A DNA stretch of 49,820 bases from positions 1 to 49,820 of the IMG/VR virus record IMGVR_UViG_3300045988_111757, one strand, 5' to 3'. This document shows, piece after piece, positions 26,813 through 35,123 of this stretch. Source of the stretch: a virus. Numbering within the stretch: position 1 is the first letter of the stretch; every line of letters starts with the position of its first letter. The notes below the pieces were generated by a model, which worked only from the letters and a program-made list of their open reading frames with translations, ran no database searches and was not told where the DNA came from. A program made the position numbers and the translations under genes.

Positions 26813-26998
26813 TTAGTCATTATTCCCCTTTTTGTTTCGTTTTGACGCATTAGTTCGTTTAATAAGCCCTGCCCATTTAATTTTCGGTAGGTCGTTTATG
26901 TAGTTCTTTGCATAAGGACAACGATACACTGAACATACAGCCTTGCCCTCACCACATTCAACACGCCAAATACAATGTTTTTTCTTGCATACTATCAT
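26813..26998 (-). CDS. Hypothetical Cys-rich 61-aa protein
   Basis: Packed ORF with an AAGGA RBS and several Cys pairs. Confidence 0.55.
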   Translation of the reverse strand: MIVCKKKHCIWRVECGEGKAVCSVYRCPYAKNYINDLPKIKWAGLIKRTNASKRNKKGNND

Positions 26999-27002
26999 TT
27001 TT

Positions 27003-27212
27003 TCAGTCCTTTACTGTCACTTGCGATAAATCAACAATCATAATGCTGTTTGCATTTGTATCTTTGATTTCTGCTTGATAGAATATCTTTTTCGTTTCCT
27101 TGTTACGCCGTAAAATGCAACCTGTTAAATAGTAATCTGTTGCTTTGCTTTCTTTAGTCGGCTGATAGATAACAAGTTTGTTTAAGTTCTTTTTAACCTC
27201 GGATATATCCAT
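27003..27212 (-). CDS. Hypothetical 69-aa protein
   Basis: Start is coupled to the dUTPase stop (TAATG). Confidence 0.55.
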   Translation of the reverse strand: MDISEVKKNLNKLVIYQPTKESKATDYYLTGCILRRNKETKKIFYQAEIKDTNANSIMIVDLSQVTVKD

Positions 27213-27622
27213 TATCGCCCTGTACTTCCAAAACCGTTGTTGCCACGCTCTGTTGCTTTAAATTCATCAACAACATTGAGTTCGGGTATATCAATTTTCA
27301 TAACTACAAGTTGAGTAATTTTGTCGCCCCTCTTAATCTCATAGTCCATATTAGAGTGATTATACAGTTTACAAACGATACTGCCGTTGTAACCGACATC
27401 TATAACGCCCTCGCTTGTAATGCCGTACTTAACATTCAAACCACTTTTTGATTTAAGGAAACCTGCGGTGTTTGGTGGCAACTCAATATGTACGCCTGTA
27501 TCAATGCTGATACTGCCCTTTGCAGGAACAACCGTATCAATCGGTGATAATAAATCAAGTCCTGCGTCTGTTGCGTGTCCTCTTTTCGGCATTAAAGCCG
27601 TGCTGTCTAACATAATGTTCAT
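27212..27622 (-). CDS. dut: dUTP diphosphatase
   Basis: Trimeric dUTPase motifs are present: ATDAGLDL, GVIDVGYNG and a C-terminal RGNNGFGSTGR. Confidence 0.9.
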   Translation of the reverse strand: MNIMLDSTALMPKRGHATDAGLDLLSPIDTVVPAKGSISIDTGVHIELPPNTAGFLKSKSGLNVKYGITSEGVIDVGYNGSIVCKLYNHSNMDYEIKRGDKITQLVVMKIDIPELNVVDEFKATERGNNGFGSTGR

Positions 27623-27625
27623 AAA

Positions 27626-27814
27626 TTATTGCTCCTTATTTTTTGAATATTTATCAAGCAGTTTTTCAATAAGTGTTTCAAGTTCATTAACTTCTTGACC
27701 TGTCAAAGTTAAATCAAATGCTGTGCCTACTCCGCCTTTTACATTCATTGACAAAATAACAGGTATTTTTGCATTTTGTATCTCCTTTGTGAACACATCT
27801 CGTGATTTACGCAT
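27626..27814 (-). CDS. Hypothetical 62-aa protein
   Basis: ATG 27814 after GAGGGGGTAAG. Confidence 0.6.
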   Translation of the reverse strand: MRKSRDVFTKEIQNAKIPVILSMNVKGGVGTAFDLTLTGQEVNELETLIEKLLDKYSKNKEQ

Positions 27815-28126
27815 TACTACTTACCCCCTCTTTCCAAAATCAAGAAATGCTTTTAACATTTTCATTCCCTCGTCAACGGTAAAGCCTGTTACCTTTTGTG
27901 CTTGAAATTCTTTGAAACATTTTTCTTTTTATCCTTTCTTTTAAGTTGTCAGAAATTCCGACAAGTTGCCCAATGTCTACCTGCTGAAAATTAAGCGGTG
28001 GAAAGATTAACGCCTACTACTAAAACATCAATCTTTTTTATATATGAATAATTAGTCGCTCGAAGAAAAAGTGTTTATTTTCAACATTTAAAACCACATT
28101 AAAAATCAGTCAGGTAGCACATTGCT

Positions 28127-28525
28127 TTAACCGTTTAAATACTTTTGAGTTCCGCCGTTGAGCATTTCTGTAAGCTTCGGCTCAATTCCACTTTTGTGTT
28201 TATATTTGTTTGTTATGTCGTAAATTCGTTGATACTTTGCTTTTTCTTCCTTTGAAAAGCCGTTGTCAATATCAGCAATCTCTTCGTATGCTTCCCAATG
28301 CAAATTACCGAGTTTGTTCTTTACCTCACTTATTGACGGTGGAAATTGATTTGTACTTATCAATTTATTTACTGCCATTAACACAATATCGGCAGGAATA
28401 TCCTCAAACTGCATAGTCCATATTGCAATCGTTCCCATTGCTTCGTCTTTTGTCATTCCTTTATAACTGTTAGGATATGACGCTTTTAGTATCGCTAATA
28501 TCTTAATTGTTTCGTCCTGTGTCAT
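28127..28525 (-). CDS. G39P-like replicative helicase loader/inhibitor
   Basis: MTQDETIKILAILKASYPNSYKG...IWTMQFEDIPADIVLMAVNKLISTNQFPPSISEV resembles SPP1 G39P. It follows the replisome organizer. Confidence 0.55.
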   Translation of the reverse strand: MTQDETIKILAILKASYPNSYKGMTKDEAMGTIAIWTMQFEDIPADIVLMAVNKLISTNQFPPSISEVKNKLGNLHWEAYEEIADIDNGFSKEEKAKYQRIYDITNKYKHKSGIEPKLTEMLNGGTQKYLNG

Positions 28526-28536
28526 TATGTATCACC

Positions 28537-28632
28537 TCAATAAAGCATTGTTCTTGATACAAGAATAGCCACAATCAAAGTAAGTGCTACAATCGAAATA
28601 AAGCGTATTGTTTGCTTTATAAAATCGTCCAT
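28537..28632 (-). CDS. Small 31-aa membrane peptide
   Basis: ATG 28632 overlaps the organizer stop (TAATG) and follows GAGAGGGG. Encodes MDDFIKQTIRFISIVALTLIVAILVSRTMLY. Confidence 0.35.
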   Translation of the reverse strand: MDDFIKQTIRFISIVALTLIVAILVSRTMLY

Positions 28633-29354
28633 TACAACATACCCCTCTCGTTAGCAAGGTCAAGAAATATATTACCGCTCGGCTGTTGTTTGCTTTGCTG
28701 TATAGGCTTTTGTTCTTTATCTTTCCTTGCCCAATTTCTAATAGTTGCAAGGTGATTTTTATATGATTTTCCTGTACTTGCAATATAACCGCTTAATCTT
28801 TCAATGCGTTCTTGATAATCAGTAGGAAATTCAGCTTTAAGCTTTTCCATATCTTCATCAGTTAAAAGAACATTTTTATACTCACCGTATTTATGGCGAA
28901 CAGGCTTTTTTGCTGTGTTTGTACTATCTATATCCTTACCTTGCTCTAACTCTAAACTATCCTTACCTATCTCTAACCTATCCTGTGTATCCAAATTGTA
29001 CGCATTATGTATACATTCTGTGTACGCCTTGTTTTCTTTTACTGCAAGTGTGCTTTTTTCCTCTTGATAAATGGTAGGCTTGTATCGGTCCTTTTGTATG
29101 TAATTATGTATTTTCCAATGTTTGATAACGATAACGCCACTTTCAAAAGTAATGATAAATCGTTTTAAGATAAGCAATTTACAATCATCATCACTTGCCC
29201 CTATCATTCTTTGAATTTTTTTAGGGTTATTTATAAAGCCGTCGTCGTCGGCTCTCATTGATAAATGAAAATATAAAGCCTGTGCAGATAGTGGCATATC
29301 CAAAAATGCGTCACTATCAATTATTGTTTTTGCAAACATTCGTCTTTCAGCCAT
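28632..29354 (-). CDS. Phage replisome organizer (DnaD-like N-terminal domain)
   Basis: ATG 29354 after AAAGGAAGTG. MAERRMFAKTIIDSDAFLDMPLSAQALYFHLSMRADDDGFINNP is the hallmark N-terminus. The track extension to 29516 runs through a promoter. Confidence 0.8.
   Translation of the reverse strand: MAERRMFAKTIIDSDAFLDMPLSAQALYFHLSMRADDDGFINNPKKIQRMIGASDDDCKLLILKRFIITFESGVIVIKHWKIHNYIQKDRYKPTIYQEEKSTLAVKENKAYTECIHNAYNLDTQDRLEIGKDSLELEQGKDIDSTNTAKKPVRHKYGEYKNVLLTDEDMEKLKAEFPTDYQERIERLSGYIASTGKSYKNHLATIRNWARKDKEQKPIQQSKQQPSGNIFLDLANERGML
28931..28984. repeat. Iteron-like direct repeats inside the replisome organizer gene (candidate ori)
   Basis: TATCCTTACCT occurs at 28931 and 28958, CTCTAAC at 28944 and 28971 (27-nt period), and a partial TATCCT at 28979. 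Confidence 0.45.
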
Positions 29355-29423
29355 TTTTGCACTTCCTTTAAAATAAAAGCGTACCGTTTGAAGTGTGTCG
29401 GCACTTTCAAACAATACGCCTGT

Positions 29424-29475
29424 GTTGATACAATATTCTATTTTGTGTTGAACAATACCGACATATTGTATCAAC
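29424..29475. promoter_or_regulatory. 13-bp perfect inverted repeat at the transcription start of the replication operon
   Basis: GTTGATACAATAT (29424-29436) pairs with ATATTGTATCAAC (29463-29475), 26 nt apart. TGTGTTGA is also repeated at 29421 and 29444. Confidence 0.5.
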
Positions 29476-29481
29476 GAGAAT

Positions 29482-29510
29482 ATTATACCAAAATAGTAAT
29501 TATTTGTCAA
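29482..29510 (-). promoter_or_regulatory. Perfect consensus sigma-A promoter with extended -10 (TTGACA-17-TGgTATAAT)
   Basis: Minus strand: TTGACA 29510-29505, a 17-nt spacer ending in TGG, TATAAT 29487-29482. Confidence 0.65.
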
Positions 29511-29546
29511 TATCAAATTTGTTTACTTTGATAACAAAGTGACGCA

Positions 29547-29765
29547 CTATGCGTAAATATCAAGCACGCTGTTATCAATCACAATTAAGTCACTCGGCTT
29601 GCACTCGTACAATTCCGCAAGCTTCATCAACTGATACGGTGTAGGCAAGCAAAATCCATTCTCAAACTTTGAAAGCATAGGCGTATCAAAGGACAAATCA
29701 AACTTACGCATATATTCAACAACATCTTGCTGATATAAGTTTCTTTCAAGCCTAATCACTTTCAT
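29547..29765 (-). CDS. Small XRE-like HTH protein
   Basis: MKVIRLERNLYQQDVVEYMRKFDLSFDTPMLSKFENG... The ATG at 29765 has no clear SD. The track TTG start is at 29789. Confidence 0.5.
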   Translation of the reverse strand: MKVIRLERNLYQQDVVEYMRKFDLSFDTPMLSKFENGFCLPTPYQLMKLAELYECKPSDLIVIDNSVLDIYA

Positions 29766-29817
29766 ATTGTTAAAAATGCTTGTCTGCAATGCTTTCGTAT
29801 CGCTGTTTAGTATTCTG

Positions 29818-30027
29818 TTAATTTTGCCGAGCGGTGCAAAGTTGCTTTTTGCCTTTGCCGTGACCGCTCCTAATTATGATGAAATTGTCGCCGCTATCGT
29901 GCCTGCTTAATTCGTGTAACTTTCTTCTTACTTGCCTTTCGCTCATACCCCATTTTTCGCATAGGATAGGATATGTAACGGCATTTTCACGCCCAACAGG
30001 GATAGAATTATAGTAATATTCAAGCAT
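29818..30027 (-). CDS. Winged-helix-like DNA-binding protein (hypothetical)
   Basis: 69 aa with an AAAGGAGTG RBS. Contains AVTYPILCEKWGMSERQVRRKLHELS. Confidence 0.55.
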   Translation of the reverse strand: MLEYYYNSIPVGRENAVTYPILCEKWGMSERQVRRKLHELSRHDSGDNFIIIRSGHGKGKKQLCTARQN

Positions 30028-30042
30028 TTTTTTATCACTCCT

Positions 30043-30471
30043 TTAGAAAGGTAAATTGTCGTCCTCGTCCACAATTTCCTCAAAGTCGCTGTTGTCAGCA
30101 CTTGCATATGTTGGCGGTGCAACATTCAAATTAGGCTTTTCGTTGCTTTGTTGCTTGCTTCCGCAAAATGAAACATTGTTAGCAACTACATCAACCGACT
30201 TTCTTTTGTTGCCGTCTTTGTCTGTAAAGTTGCTTGTTTGAATACTGCCCTCAATGCCTATCATATCGCCTTTGTGAAAATATCGGCTGATAAATTCGGC
30301 TGTTTGTCGCCAAGCAATACAGTCAATAAAATCTGCTTGTCTTTCTTGCCCTTGTGCCTGATAATTTCTATCACAAGCAATTTGAAATCTTAAAACAGAT
30401 ACGCCACTCGGTGTTGATTTAAGTTCAGGCGAATAGGTCAAGCGTCCTGTTAATGCTACTGTGTTAATCAT
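30043..30471 (-). CDS. ssb: Single-stranded DNA-binding protein
   Basis: OB-fold N-terminus MINTVALTGRLTYSPELKSTPSGVSVLRF and acidic tip DEDDNLPF. ATG 30471 follows GTGAGGAAAAAG. Confidence 0.9.
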   Translation of the reverse strand: MINTVALTGRLTYSPELKSTPSGVSVLRFQIACDRNYQAQGQERQADFIDCIAWRQTAEFISRYFHKGDMIGIEGSIQTSNFTDKDGNKRKSVDVVANNVSFCGSKQQSNEKPNLNVAPPTYASADNSDFEEIVDEDDNLPF

Positions 30472-30595
30472 CTTTTTCCTCACTTTCTTTAATGCGTGTA
30501 AAGCGTGCTAATCTGCCACACTCTGCACATCTTGTCGTGTCGTCGTCTGTTTCAAATTCTGTACTTCCGCAAGTACATTGTTTTATAACCCACAT
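30464..30595 (-). CDS. Small 43-aa zinc-ribbon protein
   Basis: ATG 30595 after GTGAGGTAA. Encodes MWVIKQCTCGSTEFETDDDTTRCAECGRLARF... (C-x-C...C-x-x-C). Confidence 0.4.
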   Translation of the reverse strand: MWVIKQCTCGSTEFETDDDTTRCAECGRLARFTRIKESEEKDD

Positions 30596-30605
30596 AGTTA
30601 TTACC

Positions 30606-30911
30606 TCACAAATAATTTTTACCGAATATTTTTATAAAATTTTCCTCGCTCCAACCGTAATAATTCATTGCTTTTTGCTGTGCAAGTGCCTTTAGTCTGC
30701 TGTTGACCTTTGCATTTTGATGTACGGAATTTTTACCGAATATATGACACTCGTTATGATGTATATAAACAAATAGTCCGTATTGCTCCGATTTATTACG
30801 GTTGCTTGCTCCAAATATATGATGTTTGTCTAATGGGTCATTGAAACCATTACCACCGCATATAAAACAATGTTCCTTATCTTTTTGAATAATGCTGTCA
30901 ATCGTTATCAC
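30606..30911 (-). CDS. Cys/His-rich nuclease-like protein (Rap/NinG- or HNH-like, uncertain)
   Basis: Contains CFICGGNG...DKHHIFG...HHNECH. 101 aa in the recombination module. Confidence 0.35.
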   Translation of the reverse strand: MITIDSIIQKDKEHCFICGGNGFNDPLDKHHIFGASNRNKSEQYGLFVYIHHNECHIFGKNSVHQNAKVNSRLKALAQQKAMNYYGWSEENFIKIFGKNYL

Positions 30912-31431
30912 CCCACAATGCTTTCAATCTTGCAATTTCGTCAGGTGTTTCCGTCTGTATTCCTAATTGCTTTGCTTCTTGCACTATGCCGTCAATGAAG
31001 ATTGACATTTCAAGGCTGTCAAACTCGCTACTTCCCTTATAACACTTGTAGTGTTTAAATAATTTGCCGTTTAATGTGCTTTCGCCTGCTTCGTCATAAT
31101 ACTTTACATAGTCATTTATCGGCACTTCTGCAATAACGCTTATCATATCGCTTTGTCCGTAATCTCTTAACATATTGAGGTACACTTCTTCTTTGCTTAA
31201 CCTTTGAATATTGCCTATCTCTGTTATCAATTTCCAAGCGTAATTATTAGCGTTTAATGACCTTTTTTTCCTAAACTGCGTGATTTTTATTGATAATTCC
31301 TTATCTTTCAAATCATCATAGCTTTGCAACAAAGCGTCTTTTTCATTGACGGCAAGCGTTAATTTCGGTTGCCCTGATACAAAGTCAATATTGCAGTCTA
31401 TCAATTTGCCTGTTAATTCAATCGTTCTCAC
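30898..31431 (-). CDS. NinB/Orf-like recombination mediator
   Basis: KKRSLNANNYAWKLITEIG and the C-terminal ...IARLKALWGDND parallel the lambda NinB layout. GTG start. Confidence 0.45.
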   Translation of the reverse strand: MRTIELTGKLIDCNIDFVSGQPKLTLAVNEKDALLQSYDDLKDKELSIKITQFRKKRSLNANNYAWKLITEIGNIQRLSKEEVYLNMLRDYGQSDMISVIAEVPINDYVKYYDEAGESTLNGKLFKHYKCYKGSSEFDSLEMSIFIDGIVQEAKQLGIQTETPDEIARLKALWGDND

Positions 31432-31558
31432 CGTCCTCTAAAACATAGCCGTTTGCTTCACAAACACCATTGTCAATATTTTTTAAAATTTTAATGATTG
31501 TGTTGTTTTGCTTTTTAATGTCCTTTAACAAATTGACAATTTCCTTATCAATGTTCAT
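31418..31558 (-). CDS. Small 46-aa ORF
   Basis: ATG 31558. Encodes MNIDKEIVNLLKDIKKQNNTIIKILKNIDNGVCEANGYVLEDGEND and overlaps the next start. The SD is weak. Confidence 0.3.
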   Translation of the reverse strand: MNIDKEIVNLLKDIKKQNNTIIKILKNIDNGVCEANGYVLEDGEND

Positions 31559-31595
31559 TTAATTACCTGCTTTCTTTTGCTAACAAAATGACGCA

Positions 31596-32264
31596 TTATG
31601 TGTCTGCATACTCCCATTCTTGCACTTTTTTCTTGTCTTTGTGACCGTGCAAGAATACATACTCACTGTGAAAGCTCATATTTTCCATAAGCCACTCGCT
31701 CGCCTGTTCGTGGGATAGGTGACGGCTTGCTACATTCAGTTCATAAGAATACTCGCCTGCTTCAAGCTTTGCATTGATACGCTCTTGCAAGTCCTCGTCA
31801 GTGTAATTCGCTTCTATCATATAAAGGTCATAATCTTTTGCTGTTATTCCTTGCAAGTGTTCTGTATCGGTTGCATATATAGCCTTTTCGCCGTTTGCAA
31901 ATATCCTATAACCGCAATTTGGTACATTGTGATATAACTTGATAGGCGATACTTTAAAAGCCTTGTAATCGTAAATTTTGCCTATTTCAAACACATCAAT
32001 ACTTTGCTTTGGTACTCCTGCTTCTACAAGGTCATATACCAACCAATCGCAACAACCAAAACGCAATGTAGGGCGTTCCTCTGCAAGCCGTTTTATTGTT
32101 TGCGGTTTGAAATGGTCTGTATGAATGTGAGTGAGTAAAACTATTTGCAAGTCCTTATACACATTTTTTAGTGCCTTAAAGGTAACACCGCAATCTATCA
32201 ATATATGATTATTTACGACAACGGCGTTACCCTGTGAGCCTGTTGAAATTATGTTGTAGTTCAT
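31596..32264 (-). CDS. MBL-fold metallo-hydrolase (putative recombination exonuclease)
   Basis: Contains the VLLTHIHTDH motif. Translationally coupled to recT (TAATG). Confidence 0.7.
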   Translation of the reverse strand: MNYNIISTGSQGNAVVVNNHILIDCGVTFKALKNVYKDLQIVLLTHIHTDHFKPQTIKRLAEERPTLRFGCCDWLVYDLVEAGVPKQSIDVFEIGKIYDYKAFKVSPIKLYHNVPNCGYRIFANGEKAIYATDTEHLQGITAKDYDLYMIEANYTDEDLQERINAKLEAGEYSYELNVASRHLSHEQASEWLMENMSFHSEYVFLHGHKDKKKVQEWEYADT

Positions 32265-32983
32265 TAGATTTCGTCCATATTAACTACATCATCAACAGGT
32301 GTAGCGTCAACCTCAATAGGCTCGTCCTGCTGTATGATTTCTTGTTTTTGCGGTGCTGTTTCATTCGGCAAGTCAACGCCCATTTCTTCGGCTTCATACA
32401 TTCCGCCGAGTTCCTCAACGAATGTTTCACGCAATGCTCTTACTTTTGCAACCTTTTCAACCATTGTCGCACCTTTACCGCTCCAATTAGCATTCAAACT
32501 GCCGTCACTCTTTTTCTGTGCGACTTCATCAAATCCAACACTGCAATATGTAGGGTGTTGCCAATCCTTACGGTAGACTTTAGCCCAACCGCCGACAAGG
32601 TTTTCACTGTCACGCAAATAAAATGTGCCTTTGCGTTCGATAATCTCGCTTGTTTCTTTGTTTTGAACAATAACACCACTTTCCATACCGTCATAGTTAG
32701 GGTTTTTAATAGCACGCTTCAAAACTGCGTCCTTACCTACAACAATTTGTGCAGGGTTTTTGCCATACTTGATACAGTATGCTTCTTTCAAAAATGGGTT
32801 AAGTCCTCTTGCCTTGCATAAAGATGTGAAAAACTTAAATTCAGGCATTGTAATTTGTGCGTCTGTGCCTACAATGTAGTTTTGAACAATGGACGGTGTG
32901 AGTTTAATTTGCTCGCCGTCAACCTCGTAAACTACTGCAATTTCCTTTTTTGTTTCTTCTTTCTTTGTTTCTGTATTACTCAT
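32264..32983 (-). CDS. recT: RecT-family single-strand annealing protein
   Basis: Contains FFTSLCKARGLNPFLKEAYCIKYG...VGKDAVLKRA...GGWAKVYRKDW...KVAKVRALRETF. Confidence 0.85.
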   Translation of the reverse strand: MSNTETKKEETKKEIAVVYEVDGEQIKLTPSIVQNYIVGTDAQITMPEFKFFTSLCKARGLNPFLKEAYCIKYGKNPAQIVVGKDAVLKRAIKNPNYDGMESGVIVQNKETSEIIERKGTFYLRDSENLVGGWAKVYRKDWQHPTYCSVGFDEVAQKKSDGSLNANWSGKGATMVEKVAKVRALRETFVEELGGMYEAEEMGVDLPNETAPQKQEIIQQDEPIEVDATPVDDVVNMDEI

Positions 32984-33809
32984 AATCGTAACCTCCGTTA
33001 TTCAAAAATTCTTTAAGTGCTTTCAACTGTGGCATTGTGCCACGCACGGTAAATTTCAATGTGTATGTCTTTTCTTCCTCAACAGGCGGTGCAATCGGCT
33101 CAACTGTCGGCGGTGCTACTGCTTCAACAACTTCCTCAACCTTTGCGACGGCTTCGGCTTCTGCTTGCTCTCTTGCTTTGCGTTCTTCCTCTCTTGCCTT
33201 TGCTTCCTCAATAGCCTTGTATCTGTTTGCAACCGTTGTAATGGCGTTTGATACATTCAAAGACTGCTTGTACTCATACAATATCTCGTCTTTGTGTTCC
33301 TGCGTATCAATCAAATTAAGGCCGTCAACAATCTTGTCAACAAAGGCTTTTGCCTGCTCTTTTAGACTTTTCATACTTGCCGAAAGTGTTACATTGATGT
33401 TTGCATTTTCAAAGGTTACAAAGTCAATGCCTGTTGCTGTCAGGTATTCGTCAAAGTAGCCTTTTACCTCTGCCTTTTTCTGCTCTTTCAACTCGTTTTC
33501 AACGCTGTCAATCTTGCCCTTTAACTCGGTATCAGCCTTTTTGTATGTATCGGAAATACAATCTTTATATATTTCTTCAAAGTCGTTATATGGCTTCATA
33601 ATAGCCGTTTTTACTGCTTTTCTGCGTTCCTCATAGTCTTTCAACTCTTTGTTGAGGTCTGACCTTACCTTTTTGACATCCTTAACGGTGTCCTCTGTGC
33701 ATACAAGGCTTAAAGCCTGCTCAACCTTTGCTGTTACTTCTGCTTTGACTTCTTGCAACTGCTCAACAATAATCGGCAACTGCTTTATTTCGATAATTCC
33801 CTTATCCAT
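32976..33809 (-). CDS. DUF1351-type protein associated with RecT modules
   Basis: 277 aa, coiled-coil rich, directly upstream of recT. Contains IEIKQLPIIVEQLQEVKAEV. Confidence 0.6.
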   Translation of the reverse strand: MDKGIIEIKQLPIIVEQLQEVKAEVTAKVEQALSLVCTEDTVKDVKKVRSDLNKELKDYEERRKAVKTAIMKPYNDFEEIYKDCISDTYKKADTELKGKIDSVENELKEQKKAEVKGYFDEYLTATGIDFVTFENANINVTLSASMKSLKEQAKAFVDKIVDGLNLIDTQEHKDEILYEYKQSLNVSNAITTVANRYKAIEEAKAREEERKAREQAEAEAVAKVEEVVEAVAPPTVEPIAPPVEEEKTYTLKFTVRGTMPQLKALKEFLNNGGYDYE

Positions 33810-33810
33810 T

Positions 33811-33981
33811 TTAATTTCCTTTCTTTATGTCAAAAATTTCTTTTATATCATCAATGTTTGAATAACTATCCTTTTTGGATAATGCCATTTCCAACATTGA
33901 TAATTTCTGTTCTGCCTGTATCAGTTGTTCATAACGCCTTAAATCAACCTCAACAGTCACTTGGCTAATTCCTATTGCCAT
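33811..33981 (-). CDS. Small 56-aa ORF
   Basis: ATG 33981 after GGAAAGGGGTG. Encodes MAIGISQVTVEVDLRRYEQLIQAEQKLSMLEMAL... Confidence 0.45.
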   Translation of the reverse strand: MAIGISQVTVEVDLRRYEQLIQAEQKLSMLEMALSKKDSYSNIDDIKEIFDIKKGN

Positions 33982-34090
33982 ATTCAACACCCCTTTCCTT
34001 TATTCTATTTGCAAAGTATTCTATTAACCTTGCATTATGTACTTGCTCGCTTTGAATAAGATTTACAACTACTTTTCTTTGGCTTCTCAT
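33965..34090 (-). CDS. Small 41-aa ORF
   Basis: ATG 34090, 8 nt after AAGGAG. Encodes MRSQRKVVVNLIQSEQVHNARLIEYFANRIKERG... Confidence 0.4.
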   Translation of the reverse strand: MRSQRKVVVNLIQSEQVHNARLIEYFANRIKERGVEYGNRN

Positions 34091-34095
34091 TGTTG

Positions 34096-34302
34096 CTACT
34101 CCTTATCAAGTTTTTGAAGTGCATACATATCCTCGTCAGGCACATTAAACACATCTTGAATTGCCTGCCAAAATTCGTGTGTTCCACCTCGCTGTCCTGT
34201 TTCAACAAAACTATATGTTGCACGGCTTACACCTATTTTTTCGGCAAATTCTGCTTGCGTTAGTTTAGTGCCTACCCTAAATTGTTTTAATTTAGTTCTC
34301 AC
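34096..34302 (-). CDS. Cro-like XRE-family HTH regulator
   Basis: TKLTQAEFAEKIGVSRATYSFVETGQRG is an HTH_3 motif. GTG 34302 follows AAAGGTGGTGAG. Confidence 0.7.
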   Translation of the reverse strand: MRTKLKQFRVGTKLTQAEFAEKIGVSRATYSFVETGQRGGTHEFWQAIQDVFNVPDEDMYALQKLDKE

Positions 34303-34345
34303 TTGCTCACCACCTTTCAATATGTTTCATAATGTCACATATTAG

Positions 34346-34570
34346 TTATGATTTAGAAACCTTTTGAAAATATTTTATAGCACTCTCTTTTATTACATAT
34401 TCATTGATGTTTATTTTAACCATTGCAGTTACAAATCCACAGTCTGTTTTAATTTCATAATATTGACCGTCTTTATACGCTATAATAATTCTTTGAACAT
34501 TGGCTATGGTAAAACACTTTGTTTTATAACCTTGTTGTTCAAGTTGATTGCAAAATTCTCTCCATTCCAT
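34346..34570 (-). CDS. Hypothetical 74-aa protein
   Basis: ATG 34570 after AGAAAGGTA. The track extension to 34633 lacks an RBS. Confidence 0.55.
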   Translation of the reverse strand: MEWREFCNQLEQQGYKTKCFTIANVQRIIIAYKDGQYYEIKTDCGFVTAMVKININEYVIKESAIKYFQKVSKS

Positions 34571-34649
34571 AATAAATACCTTTCTGCATATAAAGGTTGC
34601 CACCTTGTATGGAATAGGGCTTGTTAAGGACAAACCCTTTAGAAACCTA

Positions 34650-35069
34650 TTATTTTTGAATTTCTTTCATTAACTCAATAACTTTAAATGCGTCTTGTGG
34701 TAATTCAAAATTACCCTGTTCGTTAATGTGTCCGTAATATCTTTCTTCGTTCATACCACATCTGCAACAAAAACTTCTTATTAAATGTAAATCTTCCATA
34801 AGTTGATAGTCTTTGTTTCCTTTATATCCTATTGGATAGCAATGAAAAGCATTGATGTAATTTTCCATTCTTTCTGTTTCGGTAAAAACTTCATCCGCTC
34901 TGTAATTTCCAATTACTTCGTGGTCGTCTGCGTAATGTGCTTTAATCATTACTCCACCACCTACTGAATATCTGCCGTTCTCAAAAACTACTGAACAATC
35001 ATCATATGCTCTTAATGTGTTTTTAACCTGCTTTTGAATTGCCTTTGGTAAATACTTTAATTCTGTCAT
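34650..35069 (-). CDS. Hypothetical 139-aa early protein
   Basis: ATG 35069 after GAAAGGAATTAAGATT. The same 19-nt RBS/start context recurs at 43941-43959. Confidence 0.65.
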   Translation of the reverse strand: MTELKYLPKAIQKQVKNTLRAYDDCSVVFENGRYSVGGGVMIKAHYADDHEVIGNYRADEVFTETERMENYINAFHCYPIGYKGNKDYQLMEDLHLIRSFCCRCGMNEERYYGHINEQGNFELPQDAFKVIELMKEIQK

Positions 35070-35123
35070 AATCTTAATTCCTTTCACGGTTTAAGGATTG
35101 TCCGCTTCCTTATTACATTTGTG

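Noticed and set aside
28030-28060. A dif-like Xer site (TTTTATATATGAATAATTA) for the tyrosine recombinase
   Set aside because: It has only superficial AT-rich similarity to Firmicutes dif. The two 11-bp arms around a 6-bp spacer cannot be aligned.
29355-29516. The 54-aa N-terminal extension of the replisome organizer ORF, and the overlapping ORF 28532..28783
   Set aside because: The extension runs through a consensus promoter and an inverted repeat and lacks an RBS. ATG 29354 has AAAGGAAGTG and begins the conserved MAERRMFAK N-terminus. ORF 28532..28783 is an alternative frame of the organizer gene and the adjoining small ORF.
29765-29860. A possible +1 frameshift at the GGCAAAAAG run fusing 29818..30027 to the downstream HTH ORF, whose frame is open from 29851 and whose ATG lacks an SD
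   Set aside because: There is no recognised +1 shift signal, the bridging peptide (…SNFAPLGKINRILNSDTKAL…) resembles nothing I know, and both ORFs make sense as separate small DNA-binding proteins. It can only be tested with homolog alignments or peptides.
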